A stretch of 26,064 nt of DNA from Candidatus Heimdallarchaeota archaeon (GTDB taxonomy: Archaea; Asgardarchaeota; Heimdallarchaeia; Heimdallarchaeales; Heimdallarchaeaceae): positions 1 through 26,064 of the forward strand of contig JABCTC010000048.1 in the NCBI GenBank assembly GCA_018238545.1, written 5' to 3'. Each line of letters starts with the position of its first letter. Position 1 is the stretch's first letter. Of this stretch, positions 9,699 to 18,373 are shown piece after piece. The notes under the pieces were generated by a model that was given only the letters and a program-made list of their open reading frames with translations, was not told the origin of the DNA and did no database searches. Made by a program: the position numbers and the translations under genes.

Positions 9699-9886
9699 AA
9701 ACTAAAATTACTAAACTTCTTTATAAGTTTTAATCAATATTTTATTGAATTATAATTGCATTTGTATAATGTTGGAAATAGAAACAATTAAACGTACAAC
9801 TTTAGAGAAACATGTGCATATTTCGAAAATAATGCGTGTTTTATCACGTCACATTTTTGCATAATACTTAAAACAATCTTTTCTAA

Positions 9887-10822
9887 TTGCCAGTGATGAT
9901 AATCGACGGACATACTGATGTTTTATATGCCTTATTCAGACAACAACGAGAATTTCATGTTGAATCACCTCATGGTCATGTTGACCTTCCTAGACTTAGG
10001 AAAGGAGGAGTAATAGCAGCTTTTTTTGCAATATTTCCTGCATGGAGTGATTATGATATTGCAAGAGGTGTAGATGCATGGTTCAATTTAGTAGAAAACC
10101 CTAATAATTCTCTTGTGCATATAAAGAAAGTTGAAGACATAGAAAAATGTAAAAATGAAGAAAAAGTGGGAGCCATTTTACATTTTGAAGGATCTGGGGG
10201 AATTGATGAGGACCTCTATAAACTAAGGTCATATCATCGACTAGGCTTAAGAAGCATGGGATTGAGCTGGTCTAATTTAAACAAATTTGCCACAGGAGTT
10301 GCTACAGGGGAGAAAGAACGTGGTCTTACTTATTTGGGTAAAAAATTGGTTATAGAGATGGAAAGGTTAGGTATCATAGTTGATGTAAGTCATCTTAATG
10401 AGAGATCCTTTTGGGATGTAGTTGAAGTTGCTAATAAACCATTCATAGCTTCACATAGTAATTCTTTTTCAGTAAGTAATCATGAACGTAACTTAAAAGA
10501 TGACCAGATTCTAGCAATAGGAGAGGCAAATGGAACGATAGGAATCAATTTTTGCGATCTCTTTTTATCAACTAAACTAAAAAATGAGGACATTGGTTTG
10601 GATACAATAAAAAACCATATTGACAAAATAGTTGAACTTGTAGGTATTAACCATGTAAGTTTAGGATCTGATTATGATGGTGCTTCAGTACCAAAAGTAG
10701 TGAAAGATATTAGTTACTATCCAGAACTTATAACATATCTAGAAGAGAATGGTTACAACAAACAAGAATTGGAAAAAATAACCCATAGAAACTTCCTTAG
10801 AATAATGAAGGAATGTTGGTAA
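9887..10822 (+). CDS. Membrane dipeptidase (peptidase M19, renal dipeptidase family)
   Basis: IDGHTD, HVDLPRLRKGGV, HFEG, VDVSHL, IASHSN, RNLKD, LGSDYDG, NFLR. Confidence 0.95.
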   Translation: MPVMIIDGHTDVLYALFRQQREFHVESPHGHVDLPRLRKGGVIAAFFAIFPAWSDYDIARGVDAWFNLVENPNNSLVHIKKVEDIEKCKNEEKVGAILHFEGSGGIDEDLYKLRSYHRLGLRSMGLSWSNLNKFATGVATGEKERGLTYLGKKLVIEMERLGIIVDVSHLNERSFWDVVEVANKPFIASHSNSFSVSNHERNLKDDQILAIGEANGTIGINFCDLFLSTKLKNEDIGLDTIKNHIDKIVELVGINHVSLGSDYDGASVPKVVKDISYYPELITYLEENGYNKQELEKITHRNFLRIMKECW

Positions 10823-10831
10823 CATTCCCCA

Positions 10832-11509
10832 CTAGACTGGAATTGTGAAATCGAGGTAACCAAAGAAATGTGGAAACATAATTTGTTGTTGCCATCTAAT
10901 TTGCATTTGTAAGGTCAAAAGAAGTTCTGTTTCTTCATTTTTATTAATTTGTAAATCTGTTGGGGCATTGTTATTCTTATTTGGGAAGAAAGGAATAGAG
11001 AAGAAATCACTTCCTTCAACATTAAAGGTTTTATTTACTACATTTGTTTCTGCAATGATCTCTCTTTCATAATAGAAATGTAAAGCAGAGTATTGACCCT
11101 CAGGTAGAACAAAGGCATCGAATAAATCAATGGTATTGTTTATAGCTTTCAAATCAATTGTTATGGGCTCATCTACTAGCTCAATTAGAGTGTTGGTGCC
11201 TTTTTGTTTAATCAATATTTTATCTATTGTTAGGTATATATGATAAATTTCATACGAAGGAGGAACGAGTTTTATCCCATCTAATGGTAAAACAGCTGAC
11301 TCATTCTCATACATGTCGCTTGTGATATATAAATGAAGATTCCCTTGATCTGGTATAGTTGGAGGTTCCCAAGTAAATGGATTATCTACGAAATTCTGAA
11401 AATCTGATATTATAGTGTCTGAGTCTTTAATTGTGATTAAACCAGCTATTATTGCACTTGAAATAATAATTGTTGATAGGATTATGGTAAGTTGATTCCT
11501 TTTGTGCAT
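10832..11509 (-). CDS. DUF4382-like exported, membrane-anchored protein
   Basis: N-terminal TM helix; GNLHLYITSD..IYLTIDKI..TIDL..LPEGQY matches the DUF4382 pattern. Confidence 0.65.
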   Translation of the reverse strand: MHKRNQLTIILSTIIISSAIIAGLITIKDSDTIISDFQNFVDNPFTWEPPTIPDQGNLHLYITSDMYENESAVLPLDGIKLVPPSYEIYHIYLTIDKILIKQKGTNTLIELVDEPITIDLKAINNTIDLFDAFVLPEGQYSALHFYYEREIIAETNVVNKTFNVEGSDFFSIPFFPNKNNNAPTDLQINKNEETELLLTLQMQIRWQQQIMFPHFFGYLDFTIPV

Positions 11510-11568
11510 TGAATTTATGACCTCTTATGTTTTATATTATTCTTGGGCTGTTTTTATTCTTCTTATTT

Positions 11569-11582
11569 AACTTTCTAAAGTT
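11569..11582. promoter_or_regulatory. Palindrome AACTTT-CT-AAAGTT, candidate operator of the DUF4382-like gene
   Basis: Reads ACTTTAGAA on the minus strand, the same 9-mer found twice at 12450-12471; abuts a TTAAATAA box (11570-11563, minus). Confidence 0.4.
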
Positions 11583-11594
11583 CATTTTGAAATG

Positions 11595-12413
11595 CTATAA
11601 AGTTATCATTAGATAGATATAATCTATTAATATCAGGATGAGACCTAATATTACAGATTGATATTTGTTACTTTTTGTAGACATGTTGATTCCTTGGATT
11701 ACAAACAGTGTTGAGTAAATCTTACAGATGATAAATACAATACTTAGGATTATGCCAATCCAGTTATCTGTAGGAGTATTAGTGTAATGTAAAATGCCTG
11801 TGGGAATCAAATATACAAAGTATGGGATTATACCAACGAATACACCTATCCACAGTTCTTTGAATTTGTACTCTAGTTTCATTATTTTGAGTGAAATGAA
11901 AATGATGAATAAGTAGAGATACCAGTGAACAAATGAGACTATCCCATTTACTATTGCTCCACCTGAAAGAATGGATTCTACTGAACTAAAATAGCTATTA
12001 GATACACCAAATAACCATGCTGTTATTAGGAGAAGAGCATTTAATTCTATCAGACTTCTTAATGGGTCACCAAAGAAGAAATAGAATAAATCTGGAAAAG
12101 TAAGCTTGTCGATGAACCACCCTTTCTTATCTTCAACAATTTCCGGAACTGCCACTTTGTGAATTAATTTATCAATAACTATTTTACCTTGGTCGCTCAA
12201 TTTATAGAAATTTTGACTGTCTTTTTCTAGAAGTTCGGTGAGGCTTTTCAGATGATAAAACAAACTACCATCAGTTAAACTCAATTCTTCTTTTATATGT
12301 GTAAACGAAATAGAACCTTGTTCTGATACTAATTTCAGTATTTTTTGCCTGATTGGGTTTGAAAGTACCTTCAAATATTTATTACTTCCAGTTTCCATAT
12401 CAGTAAAACTCAT
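11595..12413 (-). CDS. ArsR-like winged-helix regulator fused to a ~5-6 TM membrane domain
   Basis: KVLSNPIRQKIL..SFT.I..L.LTDGSLFYHLKSL..Y.LS..G followed by hydrophobic helices. Confidence 0.85.
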   Translation of the reverse strand: MSFTDMETGSNKYLKVLSNPIRQKILKLVSEQGSISFTHIKEELSLTDGSLFYHLKSLTELLEKDSQNFYKLSDQGKIVIDKLIHKVAVPEIVEDKKGWFIDKLTFPDLFYFFFGDPLRSLIELNALLLITAWLFGVSNSYFSSVESILSGGAIVNGIVSFVHWYLYLFIIFISLKIMKLEYKFKELWIGVFVGIIPYFVYLIPTGILHYTNTPTDNWIGIILSIVFIICKIYSTLFVIQGINMSTKSNKYQSVILGLILILIDYIYLMITL

Positions 12414-12449
12414 TAGAAAAATACTAGCTACCTCTAATATATAATTTTA

Positions 12450-12481
12450 ACTTTAGAACAATACTTTAGAAAATTAAAGTA
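12450..12481. promoter_or_regulatory. Candidate operator between the divergent regulator and surface-protein genes
   Basis: ACTTTAGAA at 12450-12458 and 12463-12471; inverted repeat TACTTTA-N6-TAAAGTA at 12462-12481. Confidence 0.5.
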
Positions 12482-12548
12482 AAAAATTCATAGAAGTAAA
12501 TAAACAGCTATTAAAAAACAGATGATTATTGTAAATTGGTGAAAAAAA

Positions 12549-13538
12549 TTGAATAGAAAAACCGCAATTATCGGATTAAGTGTTATAACTCTTATGTTAA
12601 TTAGTATGGGCGTTAATGCAGCACCAGACATTGGCATTGAGTATGAATATACAAATGGAATAGCAACAATAACAACTGCAAATATCACTGTAAGTGTAAA
12701 TGCACCTGGAAATGTTCCAACATTGCACTTCAAAACAGAATCAGGTTTGGAATATAATGTCATGTTTAAACAGCTTCTAGAATACGAAGATTCGAATGAA
12801 GATGGTGCATTTCAATACAATGAAACAATTGAAGGAACACCTATGGTATCTTTGACTAGCATCCAATGGTTATTCAGTGGTTTCGTAACTGACGAAGTTG
12901 ATGGAGCAATCCAAGCAATACACTTTAACTTCACATCTGATGAAATTGTAGGGATGATTAGTCCTGATTTGAAAGTAAACATTGCAATGCATCTTTATCT
13001 TGAGGATCAAATTATTGATGGATATGAACTTCTTGGTGGAGCAGAATTTAAGTTTGATTTGTTCATTAGTGGTTGGGAATGGGCTAACAATGACACACTT
13101 TTAGCTCTAAGATTTGATATAACTCCTGGTGAAGGATATGAAATCAAGAACCAAAATAACCAAACTGTAGATACTACAATAACTACAACTAATGAAGAAG
13201 AAAAAATTACTCCAGCAGCTGATCAAATTAAGCAAAGATTTAGTATAGAAAATGATGAGAATGGAGCTTTCTTTGGGTATGCTAACCAATCTAAAATAAT
13301 GAAAGAAGAGCAACTTAGCTATGGTTCTGTTAATGCTTCTATCTCTACAACAGGTGATGGTTCAATGCAATTATATCTAAGCTTTGAACAGTTTGATGAA
13401 TTGCATTACGATCCTTCTTTAGGCACAGATGATTCTGGTGAAGCAGATTCAGTTCCTATATCTTGGGTAGCCTTCATTACTTTACCATTAGTTGCAGCAG
13501 TAGCTTTATTGTTATCAAAAAAATCTAAAAAGAAATAG
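12549..13538 (+). CDS. Cell-surface beta-rich (glyco)protein with signal peptide and C-terminal membrane anchor
   Basis: Signal peptide ending ..GVNA; DSNEDG (DxNxDG) Ca-loop-like motif; many NxS/T sequons; YDP motif, acidic linker, TM helix and SKKSKKK tail. Confidence 0.85.
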   Translation: MNRKTAIIGLSVITLMLISMGVNAAPDIGIEYEYTNGIATITTANITVSVNAPGNVPTLHFKTESGLEYNVMFKQLLEYEDSNEDGAFQYNETIEGTPMVSLTSIQWLFSGFVTDEVDGAIQAIHFNFTSDEIVGMISPDLKVNIAMHLYLEDQIIDGYELLGGAEFKFDLFISGWEWANNDTLLALRFDITPGEGYEIKNQNNQTVDTTITTTNEEEKITPAADQIKQRFSIENDENGAFFGYANQSKIMKEEQLSYGSVNASISTTGDGSMQLYLSFEQFDELHYDPSLGTDDSGEADSVPISWVAFITLPLVAAVALLLSKKSKKK

Positions 13539-13542
13539 TCAT

Positions 13543-13560
13543 CTCTTCTTTTTTTTTTCT
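13543..13560 (+). terminator. Oligo-T archaeal terminator
   Basis: Pyrimidine run with T10 (13549-13558) just after the stop at 13538. Confidence 0.6.
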
Positions 13561-13564
13561 TAAA

Positions 13565-14032
13565 TTATTCTTCCTTTTCTTCTAATGGAACAATCTCTAT
13601 CTGTCTTCCATACCCCGAATCAATTTCTTGAATTATTCCCTCTTCAATCATCCTGTCAACTCTTTCTCTCACAATCCTCCTAGAAGCTGATCCCCTTTCT
13701 TTACGGACTTGATCTGTTAATTGAGATATATTCAACCTTTCTTTTCTTTCTAATGCAGCTAATATAGATTTTGAAATGTCATCATATTTCAAGTGAGGAA
13801 ATCTTTCCACTAATCTCTCTTTTAGGCTCAATGCTTGTGATAATACGGCAAAGGGGGCTTTTGTGACTTGTAAAGAAGTAGTGAGAATTTTTAGAAGCCC
13901 CATCATCTGTTTAAGTTCAGGATTACTATCTGAAACTTTATGCTGAAGATTATTAATCTGAAGGATAACATAATTGATTTTATCCTCTAATTCTGTCATT
14001 CTATTTTCTAAATGTTTATCTTCAGCCGACAT
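13565..14032 (-). CDS. Coiled-coil plus winged-helix DNA-binding protein
   Basis: N-terminal heptads; C-terminal wHTH (ILAALE..NISQLT..ASRRIVRERVDRMIEEGII). I place the start at ATG 14032 because the track's GTG 14041 lies within an AGGTGA SD (14043-14038). Confidence 0.8.
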   Translation of the reverse strand: MSAEDKHLENRMTELEDKINYVILQINNLQHKVSDSNPELKQMMGLLKILTTSLQVTKAPFAVLSQALSLKERLVERFPHLKYDDISKSILAALERKERLNISQLTDQVRKERGSASRRIVRERVDRMIEEGIIQEIDSGYGRQIEIVPLEEKEE

Positions 14033-14041
14033 TTGTTTCAC

Positions 14042-14356
14042 CTAGGTTGGGATAGCTATTGTAACTTCTTCTTTTTCTTTTCCAGTAGACTTCTTTCTTC
14101 CTCGTGATAATCGAAATAGCTTCATGCCTCTTCGAATGCTGAGTATTTTTACAGAATTGTTATAAGATCTTCTAGCTGCTCTCCTTATATCTCTAGGAAC
14201 ACCGCACTTCTTTAATTCTTTATTCACTTTTCTTTTGTTTATTTCTCGTTTTGTTGCATTGGATGAAAATAAAAAGACGAAATACCAGGGAAGAATAGTA
14301 ATCATATAAAGAATGTACAAAGACGACATGAAAATCGCCCATCCTTTAGTTGCCAT
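14042..14356 (-). CDS. Small basic membrane protein, hypothetical
   Basis: One TM helix then an R/K-rich region containing ELKKCGVP; GGTGG SD; tightly packed in a 3-gene operon. Confidence 0.7.
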   Translation of the reverse strand: MATKGWAIFMSSLYILYMITILPWYFVFLFSSNATKREINKRKVNKELKKCGVPRDIRRAARRSYNNSVKILSIRRGMKLFRLSRGRKKSTGKEKEEVTIAIPT

Positions 14357-14367
14357 TTTTCCACCGC

Positions 14368-14709
14368 TCAGTCGTCGTCTCTATCTTTTGCAACAGCTTG
14401 TTTTATCATATCTGAATCTAAGGCTTTTCCTACAATATTAAATGATTCTGAGAAATTCATTACGATTTCTTTAATCATATCTTCAGGTAAACCTTGTTCC
14501 TTCAACTGTTTGTAAAGAGCACCAACTCCCTTTCCAAAATTTTCTGCGATATCTGGATCATACAAAGCTGTGAATATATTCTTAACTAGAGCAGGAACCT
14601 CAGTTGATACAACTTGTAGTATCTCACGTATTTCTTCTGGATCCTCTCCATCAGTTTTAATTTTCTTCTTCTTTTTATCTTTCTTATCGATTTCTATATC
14701 AAAGTTCAT
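14368..14709 (-). CDS. Small acidic helical hypothetical protein
   Basis: GAGGTG SD; contains YKQLKEQGLPED; first gene of the 3-gene operon. Confidence 0.8.
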   Translation of the reverse strand: MNFDIEIDKKDKKKKKIKTDGEDPEEIREILQVVSTEVPALVKNIFTALYDPDIAENFGKGVGALYKQLKEQGLPEDMIKEIVMNFSESFNIVGKALDSDMIKQAVAKDRDDD

Positions 14710-14749
14710 TTTTTCGACACCTCATTATTAACTAAGTATTACTTTGTCC

Positions 14750-14797
14750 GGTCACAAGATTTTAAGCTACTGGCAAGAAGTGGCCAGAAAGTGACCA
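14750..14797 (-). promoter_or_regulatory. Candidate operator array around the TATA box of the 14709-13565 operon
   Basis: Plus strand TGGCAAGAAG-TGGCCAGAAAG-TGACCA (14771-14797, 10-11 bp period); inverted half-site GGTCAC at 14750-14755; CTTAAAA box (minus) between them. Confidence 0.45.
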
Positions 14798-14830
14798 TTA
14801 ACTCATTGAAAAATCAGTGTTTAGGCATAT

Positions 14831-16207
14831 TTAATCTTTATCCATTACCAAATCTCTCTCTTTTTCTTGGTTTTTTTTGAATAAGAACATCAAAAGAACT
14901 GATAGAAGGAAAACAGTTACTGAAAATCCTACCACAATATAAAACATGACGAATAAACCTCTAGATGAATGATCGGCAGCTAAACCCAAGATTAACGAAG
15001 ATGAAACAGCGCCCAATAAACCTATAGTGTTAAAGATTCCAAAAGCCGTTGCTCTTCTTTTTCTTTCCGTATAAGTACTAACTAAACCGTATAGAAGTAT
15101 ACTAAAAACCACATACATTGGAATACTGTAAACAATTAGACTGAGTACTAAATTTTCAGGAAATATTGCCATAGTAGAATATATTCCAACTTGCAAAAAT
15201 GTCATAATTATTAACATAAGAATCACTTTCTTACTCTTAGTAATTCTGCTAAAGACTAAAGAAAGGATAAAACCAATCGTTGTTACAACGATAAGAAAGT
15301 AACTGTACTGAACCCACAAAGCCCCTAACTCTTCTACAAAATAGTATGAAGAATATGCCCAAAAACCACCAGAACTTGCTTGTTGGAAGAAACCTATAAT
15401 AAATATTAAGATTAGAATAGGCAGGTTTTTGGAGAATTTGATTTTAGTTTCGTTACTCTCTATTTGTTCTGCTTCATACTCCCCATCTTCAGTCTTTTCA
15501 ATTCTTATATCGTTTTTCGCAAAACTAACAATTGTAAAAGAAACAAAGCATGCGATTACTGCAATAAATAGTTGAATCGCCATACCTGGATTTTCAACCA
15601 ATTGTGAGGATATGATACCTGAAGCTGAATCTAAGAATTGTCTCAAAAATTCTGGTTGATTTAGACTTGTTATATTGTCTTGGATTGTAGCTGCTATTGG
15701 ACTACCTACGAGCCAAGCCAAACTGAAACTTGCAGCAATCTCTCCTAATATTCTTTCTTTTTTCTTTGAAGTTGATAATGTAGCATAAGCATAGAAATTA
15801 GCTGTTTGAGCAGAAATGAAGACATTACCTATTAGAATTCCGATTAAGAAAGCTAGAGGTGTTTGAACAAACATTAACGCGAAATACATAGCTCCTGAAG
15901 CACCTATACCAAGTAAAACAAAAGGTTTTTTTCCGAATTTGTCCGCAAAAATTCCCCAAATCCAAGTTCCAAAAGCAATTACGAAACTAGGTATAGCACC
16001 GACGAAACCGATTATGAAGTAAGTATTAATTCCAAAAAGCTTTTTCAACCAGACTGGAGCGTACGGAGCAAACATAGCTGTTGACAAACCTAAGAAGAAG
16101 AAACTGACTATAATGAGAATCTCATTTCTAGAAAAATTTACTCTGGGAAACTTCTTCTTATCTTTTACCAGCTGATTTTCTGGTACAAACCCGTTTTCTC
16201 CAGCCAT
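14831..16207 (-). CDS. Major facilitator superfamily transporter
   Basis: About 12 TM helices; motif A (WGIFADKFGKK); RATAFGIFN in the C-terminal half. Confidence 0.92.
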   Translation of the reverse strand: MAGENGFVPENQLVKDKKKFPRVNFSRNEILIIVSFFFLGLSTAMFAPYAPVWLKKLFGINTYFIIGFVGAIPSFVIAFGTWIWGIFADKFGKKPFVLLGIGASGAMYFALMFVQTPLAFLIGILIGNVFISAQTANFYAYATLSTSKKKERILGEIAASFSLAWLVGSPIAATIQDNITSLNQPEFLRQFLDSASGIISSQLVENPGMAIQLFIAVIACFVSFTIVSFAKNDIRIEKTEDGEYEAEQIESNETKIKFSKNLPILILIFIIGFFQQASSGGFWAYSSYYFVEELGALWVQYSYFLIVVTTIGFILSLVFSRITKSKKVILMLIIMTFLQVGIYSTMAIFPENLVLSLIVYSIPMYVVFSILLYGLVSTYTERKRRATAFGIFNTIGLLGAVSSSLILGLAADHSSRGLFVMFYIVVGFSVTVFLLSVLLMFLFKKNQEKERDLVMDKD

Positions 16208-16314
16208 ACACCCTTGAATAATTCGGTTATTAATAATATTTCAGTTTTGGCTAAAAAGCGAAAAGTTGATAATGTTCTAATCCTAAAAGCTATTGAAAGA
16301 GTGTTCGATCATCA

Positions 16315-17487
16315 ATGAACGAAAATGAACCAACTAGTGTGAAAGATATTCTAATAGAAATGAAAACGCTATCTGAGATATGCGTTGATCTTGCTTTTGC
16401 ATCTTTACTATATTCAGATAAATTAGTAGCAGAACAAGTTTTGGTGATAGAAGAAAATATAGATTCTCTGTATAAAAAACTTCTAGACAGACTTTCAGTC
16501 TCAATTAAGAGTTTGAATCAAGCAGAACAATTGAGGATATATTATATCATAGGGGAAGCGAATAATATCATCTCAGATTCAGCTGCGGATATGGCTTCTT
16601 TAGTTTTCATGGATTATCAAATTGAGGATGAGATTAAACTCGTCCAACAACATATGGATCAATTAGTAGATTTAATAGAAGTTGACTCATCGTCAATTCT
16701 ATGTGGAAAATCAGAAGTTTCAGCAGATTTACATGATTTGATTGGAATAGATGTAATCGGAATCATTCGCCCTGAAATAGGTGTAATAACAAAATATGAC
16801 GAAGTAATGGAATGTGGGGATTTATTGATTTTCAGAGGTCCATTATATAGTGTGAACGAGTTTATAGCTTTAGCAAAAGGAGAAATTAAAACTGTCGAAG
16901 AGGCAAGAGCACATATCATAGAACAGGATGATACTAAACCTGATTCCAAGCTGAAATATCACCAAGATCTTCTTGTTACAATGAAGGAAACAGCTGAACT
17001 AATAGTAGATTTTGCTTATCTTTATGCTCTTGAGGATTTACCCGATGTTAAGAATCTCATAAGAATAAATGAAGACAAAATCGATAAATTGCAGTATGAA
17101 TTGATCGAGGAAGTACTAAGACTATTTAAACAGGATTTGATGGGTCAACAAACTTTGATGGCTTATCTTAGAATGGCAGATAGTTTTGAAGAGATAGCTG
17201 ATGCAGCTATCAAAATAGCATTTGGCGTAACAGCAAGGCATAAACCTTACACCTTACTCGAAGAAGTTGTTGATGATTCTTCAGAATCAGTAGATTACAT
17301 TCATGTAGCAAAAGATTCGGAATATGTAGGTAAGACTGTGAAAGAAGCAGAATATATGGATGATTTCTTCCAAATACTAGCTCTTAGAAAACGCGGGCAA
17401 TACTTCTTCTTTCCAAAAGATGATGTTAAAATAAATGTTGGAGATGGATTACTCATAAAGGAATACTCTAGTCCTGATGACGAGTAA
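16315..17487 (+). CDS. Tandem (PhoU-like + TrkA-C/RCK-C) x2 regulatory protein
   Basis: Two homologous halves (EMKTLSEICVDLAF..IISDSAADMA vs TMKETAELIVDFAY..EIADAAIKIA), each followed by an RCK-C domain (VIGIIR..GDLL; ILALRK..GDGL). Confidence 0.85.
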   Translation: MNENEPTSVKDILIEMKTLSEICVDLAFASLLYSDKLVAEQVLVIEENIDSLYKKLLDRLSVSIKSLNQAEQLRIYYIIGEANNIISDSAADMASLVFMDYQIEDEIKLVQQHMDQLVDLIEVDSSSILCGKSEVSADLHDLIGIDVIGIIRPEIGVITKYDEVMECGDLLIFRGPLYSVNEFIALAKGEIKTVEEARAHIIEQDDTKPDSKLKYHQDLLVTMKETAELIVDFAYLYALEDLPDVKNLIRINEDKIDKLQYELIEEVLRLFKQDLMGQQTLMAYLRMADSFEEIADAAIKIAFGVTARHKPYTLLEEVVDDSSESVDYIHVAKDSEYVGKTVKEAEYMDDFFQILALRKRGQYFFFPKDDVKINVGDGLLIKEYSSPDDE

Positions 17488-17490
17488 CTC

Positions 17491-18321
17491 TTACAAACGT
17501 TCTGTTATCCATTTTGTAACATCATTGAATGCTTTCTCTCTTATTTCTTTAATTTCTGTATAAACTTCATGTTTCGCGTTCTTATATACAATAAATTCTT
17601 TATCTTCTGTCTTTAGATCCTCAAAGAGCTCCTTCTCACCAATCATCATTACATCGTCACTTCCTTTTTGCATGAGAACAGGAATTTGTATTTTACCAAT
17701 CTCTTCCTTAATCTCTTTGTAATGATTCATCATAGCTATACCCATTCCAACAGTTCCATTCTTGTGATCTATCAAAGGGTCAGTTTTGTAATCTTCAACA
17801 GATTCTGGATCAGAAGAAATATTTTCTGGATTGATGCCAGCATCTCCTTTTAATTTAGGAGCAATTTTAACCATAATTTTTGCGAATATTTCTAATATTT
17901 TAGGGAAATCGGGAGGTGAAGTACCGCTTCCGGAAAGAATCAGTCCTTTTAACTCCTTTTGGAACTTAATTGCATATCTTTGAGCAACTAATGAACCCAT
18001 AGAATGACCAATCAGAAATAAAGGAATATTTGGATACTTCTTAAAGATTTTTTCAGTCAGTATGTGAGCATCCTCTGCAAATGTGCTCAGAGTTGTAATA
18101 TGATTTCGTGTTCCTTCGCTCTTCCCATGACCTTTATTGTCATGAATGAAAACTGCAAAATTTTCTTTAACCAAATGGTCAATAAGATTAGTATATCTTC
18201 CTGAGTGTTCACAGAACCCGTGCACAATTTGAACTACAGCTTTAGGTTTTTCTACAGCCCACGATTTATAAAACAAGTTATAATCGCCTATTCCTTGAAA
18301 ATAATCCTCTATCTGTTCCAT
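17491..18321 (-). CDS. Alpha/beta hydrolase, monoacylglycerol lipase/lysophospholipase (Hydrolase_4) family
   Basis: VHGFCEHSGRY, DNKGHGKSEG, nucleophile GHSMG, GSDD and HE triad residues. Confidence 0.92.
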   Translation of the reverse strand: MEQIEDYFQGIGDYNLFYKSWAVEKPKAVVQIVHGFCEHSGRYTNLIDHLVKENFAVFIHDNKGHGKSEGTRNHITTLSTFAEDAHILTEKIFKKYPNIPLFLIGHSMGSLVAQRYAIKFQKELKGLILSGSGTSPPDFPKILEIFAKIMVKIAPKLKGDAGINPENISSDPESVEDYKTDPLIDHKNGTVGMGIAMMNHYKEIKEEIGKIQIPVLMQKGSDDVMMIGEKELFEDLKTEDKEFIVYKNAKHEVYTEIKEIREKAFNDVTKWITERL

Positions 18322-18373
18322 AGTGAATAAAAAAAGTAGTAATCCTTAAAGATTTCCTACTGAATTACTTTGG

